From: a virus
Taxonomy: Duplodnaviria > Caudoviricetes
Reading direction: 5' to 3' (one strand)
Length of the DNA: 59,564 nt
Virus record (IMG/VR): IMGVR_UViG_3300032313_000319
Coordinates: 1-59,564 of that record
This document shows, piece after piece, positions 10,001-18,470 of this stretch. Under the pieces are notes generated by a model. That model was not told where the DNA came from. It saw only the letters and a program-made list of their open reading frames with translations, and searched no databases. The position numbers were made by a program, and so were the translations under genes. Position 1 is the stretch's first letter, and each line of letters opens with the position of its first letter.

Positions 10001-12305
10001 GGAAGCTGTGACCAGAAGTTGGGGATAGCTGGTGTCCATAGTTTGTAGGTGGAACATCTCGGTAGCTGCTTTGTAAGAACATTTCGTAAATTTGTTGTGC
10101 AGCATCTCTGTTCTTTTGAGTGCTCTTTCCAGATCTAGGCATTCCAAGCATTACACCTTGGCTAAATCCAGGAAGGTTTCCAGCAATCATACCCTGAATA
10201 ATTGGAGCATACTTCTTTGCTGCATCGGCTGGGATGACAGCCTCTCCTGGAGATAGGACTGCTGGAACAATGTCGCCAGCACCCTTAGGCCCAGGAACAG
10301 AAACAATACCAGAAGCAAGCTTTAGGCCAGCTCCTTGAGCAATACGCCTTCCAGTGTCAAACCTTTGCTGCTCATTAAACGCCTGACGATATACGTCTCC
10401 TAGCCTTTGTACGGCACCTGCCTCAGTAGAGAATACTTGGATAAGGTTCTGATGCACTTGTTCTAGAGAAGCTGCTACAGCTGCTGCATTTAGCTGCTCA
10501 GTAGTCATGTAGTCTAGCTGTTCACCAAGTATTGTTGACTGTTTTCCAGTCTTCATAAATAGTTCACGAACAAAAACAAATCCCTTAATAATGTTAGCAA
10601 TACCGTTGGCTAGTAGACCAAATGTCATAATTGCAATAGGACCAATTGCACCAAACAAGACTGTCAATCCTGTTATAAATGACTTAGCACCATCGCTTAG
10701 CCCATTAAACTTTTCAATAATGCCAGTGGCAAATTCAATAATTGGGGTAAGTAGTTTTAGGAACTGCTCTCCCACTGGAGCAATAGCAAGCTGGAATTCT
10801 TCAACAGCTTTTTTAAATCTAAATGTCGTAGACTCTTCTACGCTTTTCAACTCTTTATTTGATAGCTGAGCTAGCTCTTGTGTAGTAGCATTTGTTAGTT
10901 CTAGAACTCGCTGTGCCTGAGTACCGTCCTGAATTACGTTCTGGAACAGTGTAGATAGACGAGCAAACTGGAACTTTCCAAACAACTGTTCAATTGCCTG
11001 AGCACGTTGAGAAGGATCTAGCTTGTCTAGTGCTTCTGCGAAGTCAACTACTAGTCCCTTTACGTTACCACGGTTAGCAGCATTAATCTCTTCAAGATTG
11101 ATTCCAAATACCTTAAGCATTGTGGATGCCTGAGCAGTTGGGTTAATGATGGATGCAAGACCTGACTTTAGTGCGTTAGCACCTTCAGAAGCATTAATTC
11201 CACCTTCCTTCATAGCTGTCAGGAAGAAGGCTAGGTCTTCTACGTCTCCACCAAGCTGCTGGATAACTGGACCTGCCTTTGGAACAGCAATGGTCAAGTC
11301 TTCAATAGATGTTACAGTTTGGTTTTCAACTGCGTTAAGGAAGTCAATCTTGCTTGCCAACTTTTCTGTTGCAATTCCGAAAGCATTTGTAAGAGAGATA
11401 GTAGTCTCAAGAGCCTGAGCCTGTTCTACGTTACCAAGCACGGCTAATCTATTAGCTTCTGTTACCTGGTCAAGAAGCTCAGTTCCAGTCTTACCCATAG
11501 CAGCTGCATCAGCAGCAAGGCCAAGTGTCTTTTCAACAGCAACACCATATTTGGTAAACTCTTTTCCAAGCTCCTTAAGAGTATCAAGCATTTCATTTGC
11601 TTCATCTGGTGTTGTGAATAGATCACCATAAACACGCTTAAATCTAATTGCTTGCTGCTCAAGTTCCATGAATGTCTTGGAAGCCATGTTTCCAAAGATA
11701 GACAATGGAATGGTAAAACCAACCATAAGCTGACGACCAGCCCACTGGGTATTCTTACCAAAGTTTAGAAGGTTTGTAGATCCCTGCTTAAGTAGCTGAT
11801 TAAATATCTGCTGCTTTTGTGCAGTCATTGCTGTCTGAGTGCCAAGGGCTTCCATGTCAAGACGGAGTGGTCTTACAGCAATAGACTTTAGTGCACCATT
11901 AGCATCACGGCCAAGTGAGATGTACTGTGTCTGAAGATCCTTTACTCGCTCACGAGCAACCTTCTCAATAGTGTTAAACTCAGAACGGAAAAGCCCACCG
12001 AAAGTCTTTGTTTGAGAACTAGCATATCTGAAGTACTCTCCCATGGAGAGCTTGTTCTTCTCTAGTGCTCTGGTAAAAGAATCCGATGAGCTTTGGATGG
12101 TCTTTATTGAGGCTGACCATTGGCCTGTAGCATTTAGGTCGTCTAGAAGACCCCGTCTTAGCTTTCTAGCAGATTCTGCATTGGCAGCAGAAGACGAGGA
12201 CATCTGACGTTGGAAGGCTGATATCTGAGACTGCAGCATCTTGATAGACGCTATAGCATCGGAGGTATCTACTCCAAATCTAATATTTGATTCTATATCA
12301 GCCAT
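4020..12305 (-). CDS. Tail tape measure protein with internal kinase-like cargo domain
   Basis: 2761 aa, Ala/Gln/Leu-rich helical. TP901-type TMP core near the N-terminus, hydrophobic segments, C-terminal GTDVVPSMLTPGEFVV motif. Follows the tail chaperones. Confidence 0.9.
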   Translation of the reverse strand: MADIESNIRFGVDTSDAIASIKMLQSQISAFQRQMSSSSAANAESARKLRRGLLDDLNATGQWSASIKTIQSSSDSFTRALEKNKLSMGEYFRYASSQTKTFGGLFRSEFNTIEKVARERVKDLQTQYISLGRDANGALKSIAVRPLRLDMEALGTQTAMTAQKQQIFNQLLKQGSTNLLNFGKNTQWAGRQLMVGFTIPLSIFGNMASKTFMELEQQAIRFKRVYGDLFTTPDEANEMLDTLKELGKEFTKYGVAVEKTLGLAADAAAMGKTGTELLDQVTEANRLAVLGNVEQAQALETTISLTNAFGIATEKLASKIDFLNAVENQTVTSIEDLTIAVPKAGPVIQQLGGDVEDLAFFLTAMKEGGINASEGANALKSGLASIINPTAQASTMLKVFGINLEEINAANRGNVKGLVVDFAEALDKLDPSQRAQAIEQLFGKFQFARLSTLFQNVIQDGTQAQRVLELTNATTQELAQLSNKELKSVEESTTFRFKKAVEEFQLAIAPVGEQFLKLLTPIIEFATGIIEKFNGLSDGAKSFITGLTVLFGAIGPIAIMTFGLLANGIANIIKGFVFVRELFMKTGKQSTILGEQLDYMTTEQLNAAAVAASLEQVHQNLIQVFSTEAGAVQRLGDVYRQAFNEQQRFDTGRRIAQGAGLKLASGIVSVPGPKGAGDIVPAVLSPGEAVIPADAAKKYAPIIQGMIAGNLPGFSQGVMLGMPRSGKSTQKNRDAAQQIYEMFLQSSYRDVPPTNYGHQLSPTSGHSFPIFGLGGVYMGPDGQKVFVKPVMDEKAAVAEMRATEIARKAHGLKAPEQRIVVIRDPQDPTRQRRFLALESALDASFINNDPMAMFNEDQYFKQLVASLLRVDKDLSASNVFGDTVADVGPAGVFSRASGLRDYAESLPSMEDQAMINLLGIKGGAKRAFAESTLALMQNLTPQQYHQRMIGEIQRVLPLLEQTVAGFKLSNPQEAKAYQDMIGRLRQGLSVDWSRFHAVHSAVKPSKPKQTGAAIPGYAEGVVSVPGPKGAGDVMPAMLSPGEAVIPADKAKKYSGIIQQMIYGDIPGFAKSNVPRAPMSRDAALAPYVQLDKAIPGILGLAADAMESIAESGKRLTATGLQRQLAEMVPQFERIVGIARTTVAFRGPDSVSGDASALTGVNLTHLGPTIDLTVEQAHYLGEEMARLGFGTSIVAKMLKEATGPIKAFSQLVALAPRALNTGKMTGNEAADYLESTGGDEFLAALSQNYGVDPNDPEAQKFIQLIIEGYRKAGEEAVGDPALYQIVEGAIGELFEGATKTALEKAKSQYRTVADAKDRRPTLPGGLAIQATGSAAPGATSFTPQSVSMMTGAEGVPYRDLRKNKDFAAILVKANERANQFATELAQILFMGMSDGLGINSPSAEYEAISQSVAAGVREGSDDAMRAGEDLAEATAAGTRNASGAVKVGRRRVTTDPGAIAAYQADTASQTQTRRGSRRASAPGTDFGKEERERAQATAQATLATEEQTTSIKSSQSRLDKLNSTIMQGTFALTSLAGVGVMAGGSIGQISQKIFEFSGLLFGLMQITQLLTQSKMLELIQRRALISGLAIQNVQTKAAMVNSAAFSGGLLNLGKMVLRFLGPIGIIITGFTILAGVVGLIIKAQEDQKKKISGLGDTAFMTAEKMKKAGELLGFTPKTTAFGQNIEQGTAAARGADEASKINELRSSEEFKTGFADQINAIKNATKGQAEAALAAVSNQLFAAGAAQDQVDAYVRAIAQEAGQTGLSFDFANIDFTKVGKDQIVKAAQDSSKLFQDSFEAGFKKGGYEQKEVLGVRSVVKTVDSLSDDAKAAASTFAGTAASSLQALKDGLANNLITAKDFGVGLEGVIGTLKGLDETQLDLVLPDLYKKLGVEDLMKEIPAVGDQLLLLQADAAGIQIPETDKNALKNADKSAKAAQLALRTRTKLKKQVEEQAIAQEKVNKKIEEEALINEQIASANVALADRVVQLENQQYAYDYLIQQGYTAAQAFDLAGDAGLAAGIKAATGAGVAATEWNNMKNLIDQVLKLEKTTPTGPGGGGDKSPLQQAIESLQEQRKEILESNAAFNKLRKAGFDTADAMKAAEDPILAAALATTKVGTKQWADLINRIKETQRLLSKKELQDLLRGGKVEIAEKRAQATVANALTTLGYTAEQIDEVLSDQEFTNTLADDLKDGSINAKEVLNRLSQLKQMAKIDIDIAFATKEGAAEEFQKRYDKVVGYLEAQKQVIEVDFQVQTADENAVIRDAENEIAGIQYKIDDLEAQLTGIEEQEGVINEEYDKRKKALDDVAKANDVIARQQKNQLTLADALSQGDIAAAAKAAQDMRAQSAQDSIAKQGDLLELSKEQQLANLRSKDGRSRKQIEDEVKKLKKDIFVIEEERLEVARESIREAEYDKAVRLESINAQILRWDVLAAKVNEAKLRLTPEEMTAMEYQAGLIADLLDDWNNIEDKTAILTILKRTVDEELGTGGAATTTTTTTTSTTSGGNGGNGAGGNGDEEAVTDAQKSAAALKASGMSISGFIKKQDSAIIDSTLKTKATLEKAGSLIVQTSSSAGEANRFNNLLAASKVTSDNLAKAGSLANNTSSSAGEVNKFANLLQKAISTPTVASALGLGTRSPNNSVPASLTRNTAASTLQAKGIKLARGGMVKYMANGGLFSSLGTDVVPSMLTPGEFVVRRNAVNNFGVDRLKAINSGTYSSDSVYNYEVNINVQSNANADQIASSVIGKIKQIDSQRIKGNRF

Positions 12306-12326
12306 TACCTAATTTACTCCTCTAGG

Positions 12327-12653
12327 CTAGCTGGTAGGCAAGGCTCCCATCAGTGCAGTATCTCCAAGGTTAATACCCGATGCCTCTTCTACGATCTTGT
12401 ACACTGTAGGAAGGTCCAAGCTTTCCTCTAGCTTTTCCAAATCTTCTGCAAGATCTGGCTTATACTGCTTCATTGCAATCTGGACACACTCCATGAGTAC
12501 ATCCATTGCCTTGTCATTATCATCAGCAACTGTAGCAATAACTGCAAACTTCTTCATAAAGCTACGTAATAGAGAGATCTTAAGTGGTCTTACGGTGATC
12601 TCTGTTCCGTCGATTAGCTTGATAACTTTTTCTTCATTGACTGTTACAGCCAT
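12327..12653 (-). CDS. Tail assembly chaperone, short paralog (108 aa)
   Basis: AGGAGG SD before MAVTV; lies between major tail and TMP; similar to the N-half of 12702-13397. Confidence 0.7.
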   Translation of the reverse strand: MAVTVNEEKVIKLIDGTEITVRPLKISLLRSFMKKFAVIATVADDNDKAMDVLMECVQIAMKQYKPDLAEDLEKLEESLDLPTVYKIVEEASGINLGDTALMGALPTS

Positions 12654-12701
12654 GTTGTGCCTCCTGAGCATTATTTATAAGATTTATTATACCACACGGG
12701 G

Positions 12702-13397
12702 TTATGATTTTTGGGTTAAATCTTCATAGCCAAGCCCCATACCAATACCAAATCCAGCCTTCTGAGCATTGTATCCTTGCAGTGCGGTGATGTCGTTAGA
12801 ATTAGATGTTTTACCACCACTAAAAAACTTTGCCTTCATCTTTTCCCAGGCATTGCCTTCGTCTTTTCCTGTTTGCTTATCAAGATCTACTCCTTGCATT
12901 GCTGCTAAAAACTTCTTTTCTTTATAGTCAGATTCTCTCTTTGCATTTAGAGTGGTTGTTAGCTCTGGCATAGACAGAGATGTTTCTAACTCATCATAAT
13001 CTTTCCAAATACCCAGCAAAAATACTTCGGACTCTAGCGATACAAGATCCATTTCACTCCACTTAGGAGAACTTTCTTTGGCTTGGTCTGATACCTTTTC
13101 TTCAGACTCTCCATTAATCTTGATACCTGCAGCAATTTCAAGAACCTTGTACATTGTGCTTATATCTACATTGTCTTCTACGTCTTCTATTGTTTTAAGT
13201 TCTGGGTAATACTGACGCATAGCAATTCTTGTACACTCTAAAAGGATGTCTAGAGTTTCGTCTTCATTCTGCACACCCTCCATCTTTTCAAAGGTCGTCA
13301 TGAAGTCACGAAGGTGTTTTATTTTTAGAGGAGTTATGAACAACTCGGTATTGTCAATCAGTCTTACCGTTGCTGATTCATAAACTTTATTAGGCAT
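12702..13397 (-). CDS. Tail assembly chaperone, long paralog (231 aa)
   Basis: Position; N-half paralogous to the neighbour; C-half resembles a gpT-like extension. Confidence 0.65.
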   Translation of the reverse strand: MPNKVYESATVRLIDNTELFITPLKIKHLRDFMTTFEKMEGVQNEDETLDILLECTRIAMRQYYPELKTIEDVEDNVDISTMYKVLEIAAGIKINGESEEKVSDQAKESSPKWSEMDLVSLESEVFLLGIWKDYDELETSLSMPELTTTLNAKRESDYKEKKFLAAMQGVDLDKQTGKDEGNAWEKMKAKFFSGGKTSNSNDITALQGYNAQKAGFGIGMGLGYEDLTQKS

Positions 13398-13411
13398 CTA
13401 TATAGTATACC

Positions 13412-13450
13412 AAAAGCAAACTGCCCCAGCAAGTTAATGCCAGGGCAGTT
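13412..13450 (-). terminator. Rho-independent terminator after major tail gene
   Basis: AACTGCCC...GGGCAGTT stem followed by TTGCTTTT on the minus strand. Confidence 0.7.
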
Positions 13451-13472
13451 CTATTAAGTTATATTTAAGCTA

Positions 13473-14096
13473 TTAGCTTGCTGGGATCGTACGGTCTACA
13501 ATCTTACCGTAGGATGCACTGTCGTTTGGAAGCAAACGGAACGATACCTCGAACATTGTTGCCTCATCACGCTTTGCACCTACTGTTACGCTCTCGATAG
13601 AGAGAGCACGGTAAGCTACGTAAACACGCTCGATCTGGTCCGAAGCTGCACAGTCACCTGTACCAGGACCAACTGCAACTAGACCACGCTCTACTGGGCA
13701 CTCACCGATGTCACCTGCGGACAGGTTTAGGGTTGGGTTACCAGCAACAGTGGATAGGTCGCCATCATTTGCAGCTAGTGCAAATAGAAGGTTTTCTAGG
13801 GTAGCTTCAGCAAAGGTAGTGTTTAGGTTTACCTGCATGCCCTGCTTGTACAACTTTGCAACGTCTAGAACCTGGTCAACCTGAACCTCACCGAAGTCAG
13901 GCTGGAACTGGATCTCTAGACCATTCATTGTGTAACCAACGTTACGGAAGTCTGCGTCGTCAGAAAGAGTATCTCTGTACGATACGTCAGCTTCGTAGGC
14001 TGGTAGGTCAGCGTCCGCTAGAACGCCATCCTCGTGTGTAAATAGAGCAGCTGCACCAACAATAATTTGTGAGCTATTACCACGTGTATATGCCAT
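13473..14096 (-). CDS. Major tail (tube) protein
   Basis: 207 aa, NVGYTMNGLEIQFQP / FAEATLENL tail-tube-like motifs; SD; followed by terminator. Confidence 0.8.
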   Translation of the reverse strand: MAYTRGNSSQIIVGAAALFTHEDGVLADADLPAYEADVSYRDTLSDDADFRNVGYTMNGLEIQFQPDFGEVQVDQVLDVAKLYKQGMQVNLNTTFAEATLENLLFALAANDGDLSTVAGNPTLNLSAGDIGECPVERGLVAVGPGTGDCAASDQIERVYVAYRALSIESVTVGAKRDEATMFEVSFRLLPNDSASYGKIVDRTIPAS

Positions 14097-14172
14097 AATT
14101 TTTCACCTCTTTTTTCTATATGGAATAAGTGGGCGATGTTTCCTCACGCTAATTATACCACGGATTTATAAA

Positions 14173-14718
14173 CTATGACTTGTGCCAGTCGTAATCAATA
14201 ATAATTTTATTACCAGCGTATGTTCTAGCTGTTCCAAAATCAACAATGTCCCTGGTCTCTTCTAGCTGATAAACCTTTATTCTGTGAAAGAACACCCTAG
14301 GCATAGGGTTTCCTAGATCGTCTCTAATTGGATTGTTAGACTCCTGCTTTGCACGTATCCAAGCATTGAGGTCTTGTGCAGATTCGTCTTCGAAGTCTAG
14401 TAAATCCTGAACCTTCTGTGTTAACAAAAGTAACCCAACTGGGCTGCTTGAAATTTTATAAAAATAATATAACAGCTGTTCAGATTTAATATGTGGGAAT
14501 GGCTTACGACGCATTTTGAACATTCTATCATAAACTGCAAACATTCCATTGCTTTGTGGGAAACTGGATATTACTGCCTCTAGCTCGGTTGGAGAGGTTG
14601 GAAAAAATGGAACTACCAAGTCTCCCTCAAGACCGTCAAATGGATTATCTCTAAAATACTCTGAAACCTTTTCTTTAAGGTATTCATTAATAAAAACTGG
14701 CGGATAGTGAACGCTCAT
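14173..14718 (-). CDS. Putative tail terminator/completion protein
   Basis: 181 aa; position immediately upstream of major tail. Confidence 0.5.
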   Translation of the reverse strand: MSVHYPPVFINEYLKEKVSEYFRDNPFDGLEGDLVVPFFPTSPTELEAVISSFPQSNGMFAVYDRMFKMRRKPFPHIKSEQLLYYFYKISSSPVGLLLLTQKVQDLLDFEDESAQDLNAWIRAKQESNNPIRDDLGNPMPRVFFHRIKVYQLEETRDIVDFGTARTYAGNKIIIDYDWHKS

Positions 14719-15380
14719 TATAGATCTCCTGCCTTTGTAATCCAGTTTCTTCCAACTGCTGTACCTTTAGACCTACCGCCTCTGGTAGACATATTGGTGT
14801 AGAAGTCTGTTGGTGATCCTAGATATGCTAGTATACCAGCTGACTGAATGTATGACTGAGTAAAGTAGTTAGTAAAGAATGACTTGAATACTTTTTCATA
14901 TTCTCCAGCTACATCTCCACCTGGGTTAGAAACTGTAACTGGGTTAGAGGTAAAAACTGTTTCTCCACCGTCTTCAAAAACAAGTACACGACTACGTGGA
15001 ACAATAGTTACTGGAATTCCGTATTCCATGATTCTAGCCTTATCATAAAATGGAACCCTAGAACCATTCTTGATAGAGGATGACTGCCTAAAGGTTGATC
15101 CAAAAGATACAGTGTTTCCTGCTGCCATAACTTCAATGTCAAACAGTCTTGCATTTGGAGAACCAGTCTCATTCCACTCATACATGTGATGCAATAATGA
15201 TGGATTAATTCTTGCGTTAGCATCAATGTACTGCTTCAAATCTTCAACAACAGACATTCCAAGTCCTCTTAGGAATGCTGGTGTGCCCTGCTTTACACCC
15301 TCAAAGAAACCTAAGCTATACTGAATAACATTGTGCATATCTTTGTCAAACTTTTTAGTATCAATTGTTAGGCTCAGCAT
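14718..15380 (-). CDS. Putative neck/tail-completion protein
   Basis: 220 aa; coupled, in the head-tail block. Confidence 0.5.
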   Translation of the reverse strand: MLSLTIDTKKFDKDMHNVIQYSLGFFEGVKQGTPAFLRGLGMSVVEDLKQYIDANARINPSLLHHMYEWNETGSPNARLFDIEVMAAGNTVSFGSTFRQSSSIKNGSRVPFYDKARIMEYGIPVTIVPRSRVLVFEDGGETVFTSNPVTVSNPGGDVAGEYEKVFKSFFTNYFTQSYIQSAGILAYLGSPTDFYTNMSTRGGRSKGTAVGRNWITKAGDL

Positions 15381-15829
15381 TAGACATCTACCGCCTGGTT
15401 TTCAGATCTACGCAACACAATTCTGTAATACTCTACATTTCCGAATGGGCCAGTAAATGGATCCTGTGCAGCAATCTCAAAGATTGTAGACTTTCCAACT
15501 CTTGGACCAGATGTTTCAACATAAATAGGATTGCAGTTTTTGTCTTTGATGTTTGTGATAATAACATTTGTAACTGCGTTATTTGATTCACGTGAGGAGA
15601 TTCTAACGTCACCTCTTGTTCTACCAATAAGCAGGTTTTCTTTTGTAATATTTACGTTAGGAACTACTTCTTCTTTAAATGCACTACCAGCTGGGGTAAA
15701 GCTTACAGCTACAGACTTATCCAAAATCCAAGTCTTTTTGACATTTCCTAGCGATCCCTGCTCAACAATTGGATAGTAGATATCCGCTTGCATAGGAAAC
15801 ATAAAGTCTGTGAGATCGCCACATGCCAT
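15380..15829 (-). CDS. Putative head closure protein
   Basis: Probable start MACGD; position and size. Confidence 0.5.
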   Translation of the reverse strand: MACGDLTDFMFPMQADIYYPIVEQGSLGNVKKTWILDKSVAVSFTPAGSAFKEEVVPNVNITKENLLIGRTRGDVRISSRESNNAVTNVIITNIKDKNCNPIYVETSGPRVGKSTIFEIAAQDPFTGPFGNVEYYRIVLRRSENQAVDV

Positions 15830-15830
15830 T

Positions 15831-16703
15831 TTACAATACTCCAAGTGCTATAATTGGCTTAAGATACTTAGATAGAATCTTGTCAACCAAAATGTTTCCT
15901 GTTCCTTCAAATACCCCAGAGTCAAACTTAATCTTAAACTGATCTGTGTTATAGTCAGAAATGTAACGCTTGTAGTAGTCTAACTTACCGCAAGCAATAT
16001 CTTCAATTAGCAATTCTGTTGCTCTTACAATTTCTGACGGAATCTTCTTGTATCCAAACAGGCCAACGATAGAGTAGTCAAATCCCTTAGGAAATCCACG
16101 ATACACAAAATTTAAATCTAGCATGTCTGATCCACCTGCTGGTAGCATATTTGGTGCAGACTCGCTACGGTTGATAACACCAGTATATTTTTGCTGGATG
16201 CCAAGCTTATTCATCTCATATTGTACAGAATAGTCTTCTGCATTTGCTGCATCAAATACTAGTGCATTGTTTTCATAAATGGCTATGATCTGTCTTAGAT
16301 CTGGCCAGATTGGAAGAATGTCAGCACCTAGACCAGTGGTCTCGTGAACACCCTTCTTGTAATAAAATCCATCAGCCACAACTGAGTCTATGATTGCTCT
16401 TGCAAGTTCTTCATGCTTCTTGTAGTCTGCTACCTCACTAGCGGTTGTTCCCTTTGTGTTTGCATCAACATAAGGTCTAACAACGGTAACCAGGTGCTCT
16501 TCTCCATCTATAGAGATAGAGTATTCGTTATCATAATCAGATGGTAAATTGATCACAACGATAGATTGATTTGAGGATATGACACTTCCTGTAACTACCG
16601 AGAGATCCGCCATATCTGTAACAGTATATGCATATGTGCCTGCTGGGGCACCAACTTCTAATACCGCCTGAACTGGATATGGCGGAACCCTCAATATTTC
16701 CAT
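15831..16703 (-). CDS. Putative head-tail adaptor
   Basis: Probable start MEILR; C-terminal GYKKIPSEIVRATELLI resembles adaptor proteins. Confidence 0.55.
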   Translation of the reverse strand: MEILRVPPYPVQAVLEVGAPAGTYAYTVTDMADLSVVTGSVISSNQSIVVINLPSDYDNEYSISIDGEEHLVTVVRPYVDANTKGTTASEVADYKKHEELARAIIDSVVADGFYYKKGVHETTGLGADILPIWPDLRQIIAIYENNALVFDAANAEDYSVQYEMNKLGIQQKYTGVINRSESAPNMLPAGGSDMLDLNFVYRGFPKGFDYSIVGLFGYKKIPSEIVRATELLIEDIACGKLDYYKRYISDYNTDQFKIKFDSGVFEGTGNILVDKILSKYLKPIIALGVL

Positions 16704-16704
16704 G

Positions 16705-17220
16705 TTACTTGCCAAACTCCCTTGCAACCTCTTCTGGTGTTGCTAGTCTAGCGTGGTCACGAGTAATCCACATATCAGCAGCCTGCTTAGTAACAATGTT
16801 GTAGCCACGGTAAACCTTACCGACACCACTCCAGGTTACATTCTTGGTAGAGTATACAGCAAACTTTTCTTCCTTGACAGTCTCTTTAACATCAGTAGCT
16901 TTTGGCTTTCTTACTACCTTGCCAGTACCGATAACACCATTCTCTACAGAGGTGATGCCTGCCACTTCTTCAACTCGCTTACCAGGATTCTGGCTACCAG
17001 AAGAAATAACATTCTTAGGCTCTTCAGCTTCTACTGGCTTTACATCTTCAATCACTGGCTCTTCTTGGGCCTCTTCAGAATTCTTTGCAACGATCTCTTC
17101 GATAATTGCCTTAAACTCTTCTGCCTTTTCGGCTGAAATGATTGGCTCACCTTTTTGAAGCATTGCAGGAACAACTGGAGTCTTTTCGACAGTGTCTTCA
17201 TTTTTGATTTCTTCAGACAT
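16705..17220 (-). CDS. Hypothetical acidic protein downstream of capsid
   Basis: AAGGAG SD before MSEEIK. Confidence 0.6.
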   Translation of the reverse strand: MSEEIKNEDTVEKTPVVPAMLQKGEPIISAEKAEEFKAIIEEIVAKNSEEAQEEPVIEDVKPVEAEEPKNVISSGSQNPGKRVEEVAGITSVENGVIGTGKVVRKPKATDVKETVKEEKFAVYSTKNVTWSGVGKVYRGYNIVTKQAADMWITRDHARLATPEEVAREFGK

Positions 17221-17259
17221 AATATTCTCCTTTGTCATTCATAATTATAACAGATTAAT

Positions 17260-17296
17260 GAAAAAGAGGGCAGAGGCTAGATGCCCCTGCCCCCTC
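17260..17296 (-). terminator. Terminator after major capsid gene
   Basis: GAGGGCAG...CTGCCCCCTC hairpin followed by a T-run on the minus strand. Confidence 0.65.
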
Positions 17297-17312
17297 AATT
17301 TTTGCTTACAGT

Positions 17313-18443
17313 TTAGCTGTCAGCAGCAGCGTCAGCGAACGCAATAGCGTCCTCTTCCTCCCACTGTACACCAAAGCGGACGAATACTGTGTATTCAATG
17401 GTGTCCTTCTTTGGCTGGTACTGACGGTTTACTGTGATGTCACGCTGGAATCCCCATACACGGTTCTGTGGGAATGTCAAGTCGACATAGCCATCAGGGT
17501 AGTAAGGGACTTCCTGAACGTCAACACCAAGGACACGGGTAGTGCGAGCACCACCGAATGTCTGACCCTGGCCGTCTAGGTAAGCCTGTGTGTTAGCATA
17601 GGTGTTACCATTCTTTCCTAGTGCCTCAGCAATAGCGTCAGATAGGGTACCGTTGTTCTTAACAATGCCCTGGAAAGCGTCTGTACCTGCGTAGAACTTT
17701 AGGTTAGACTTGATTGCACGGTACTTACGTGGCATTGCAAGAATAATCTGCTGCATAACCTCTGGGGTCCATGCATTGTCAGCTACTGTTACAACAGCCT
17801 CGTGTGCGTCTCCGTTGGTCTTAACACGGTTTACAAAACCTTCCATAATGTTTAGGAATGCGTTGCTTCCTGTGCCAGTACCGTTGATTGCTAGGTCTTC
17901 GATGTCATTCGCAAATGCGTTTGTCATCAAACGTACTAGGTGGTCCTCAAGGGCTGCACCCTCAATACCATCTTCGAGAGCCTCAGCTGAGACCTCCCAG
18001 TCGAGACGTAGCTTCTTGGTTGATAGCTCAACCTTCGAGAACTGAGCACCAGTGTTGTCGTATGTACCAACAGCCTGAGCAGCTGCACGGATTACACGCT
18101 CTCCAACATTGACCTTCTCGAGTTCCATGGTGTTCGCTCGCATAGTTACACGACGACCGTCCTTGGCGAGTACAGTTGCATCCCATACGTAGTCAATAAA
18201 ACGACGTGCCTGTTCAGGGCGTAGAATACCACTACCTGCATCACCCGAAGGATTTACAGCGTTTGGTCCAGTTGTTAGACCATATTCAGCGGTTGGAATG
18301 TTTCCAAGTGTGTTAGCACCTGGATCTGTTACACCACCAATGCCACCAGATGCGAATGCACCCTGACCTTGGTAAAGACCAGGAGCTGTGCCACCTAGTT
18401 CGCCAGATTCTCCTGGCTGGTTTTTGATAATCTCTTCCGACAT
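17313..18443 (-). CDS. Major capsid protein (HK97 fold)
   Basis: 376 aa, GILRPEQARRFID, LEDGIEG..LE, DLAINGTG motifs; strong AGGAGG SD; follows protease/scaffold. Confidence 0.9.
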   Translation of the reverse strand: MSEEIIKNQPGESGELGGTAPGLYQGQGAFASGGIGGVTDPGANTLGNIPTAEYGLTTGPNAVNPSGDAGSGILRPEQARRFIDYVWDATVLAKDGRRVTMRANTMELEKVNVGERVIRAAAQAVGTYDNTGAQFSKVELSTKKLRLDWEVSAEALEDGIEGAALEDHLVRLMTNAFANDIEDLAINGTGTGSNAFLNIMEGFVNRVKTNGDAHEAVVTVADNAWTPEVMQQIILAMPRKYRAIKSNLKFYAGTDAFQGIVKNNGTLSDAIAEALGKNGNTYANTQAYLDGQGQTFGGARTTRVLGVDVQEVPYYPDGYVDLTFPQNRVWGFQRDITVNRQYQPKKDTIEYTVFVRFGVQWEEEDAIAFADAAADS

Positions 18444-18470
18444 ATTGTCACCTCCTAAGTGATTTGTGTC

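Noticed and set aside
9093-10319. Intein within the tape measure
   Set aside because: No Cys/Ser start or His-Asn end and no LAGLIDADG motifs; the insert looks kinase-like
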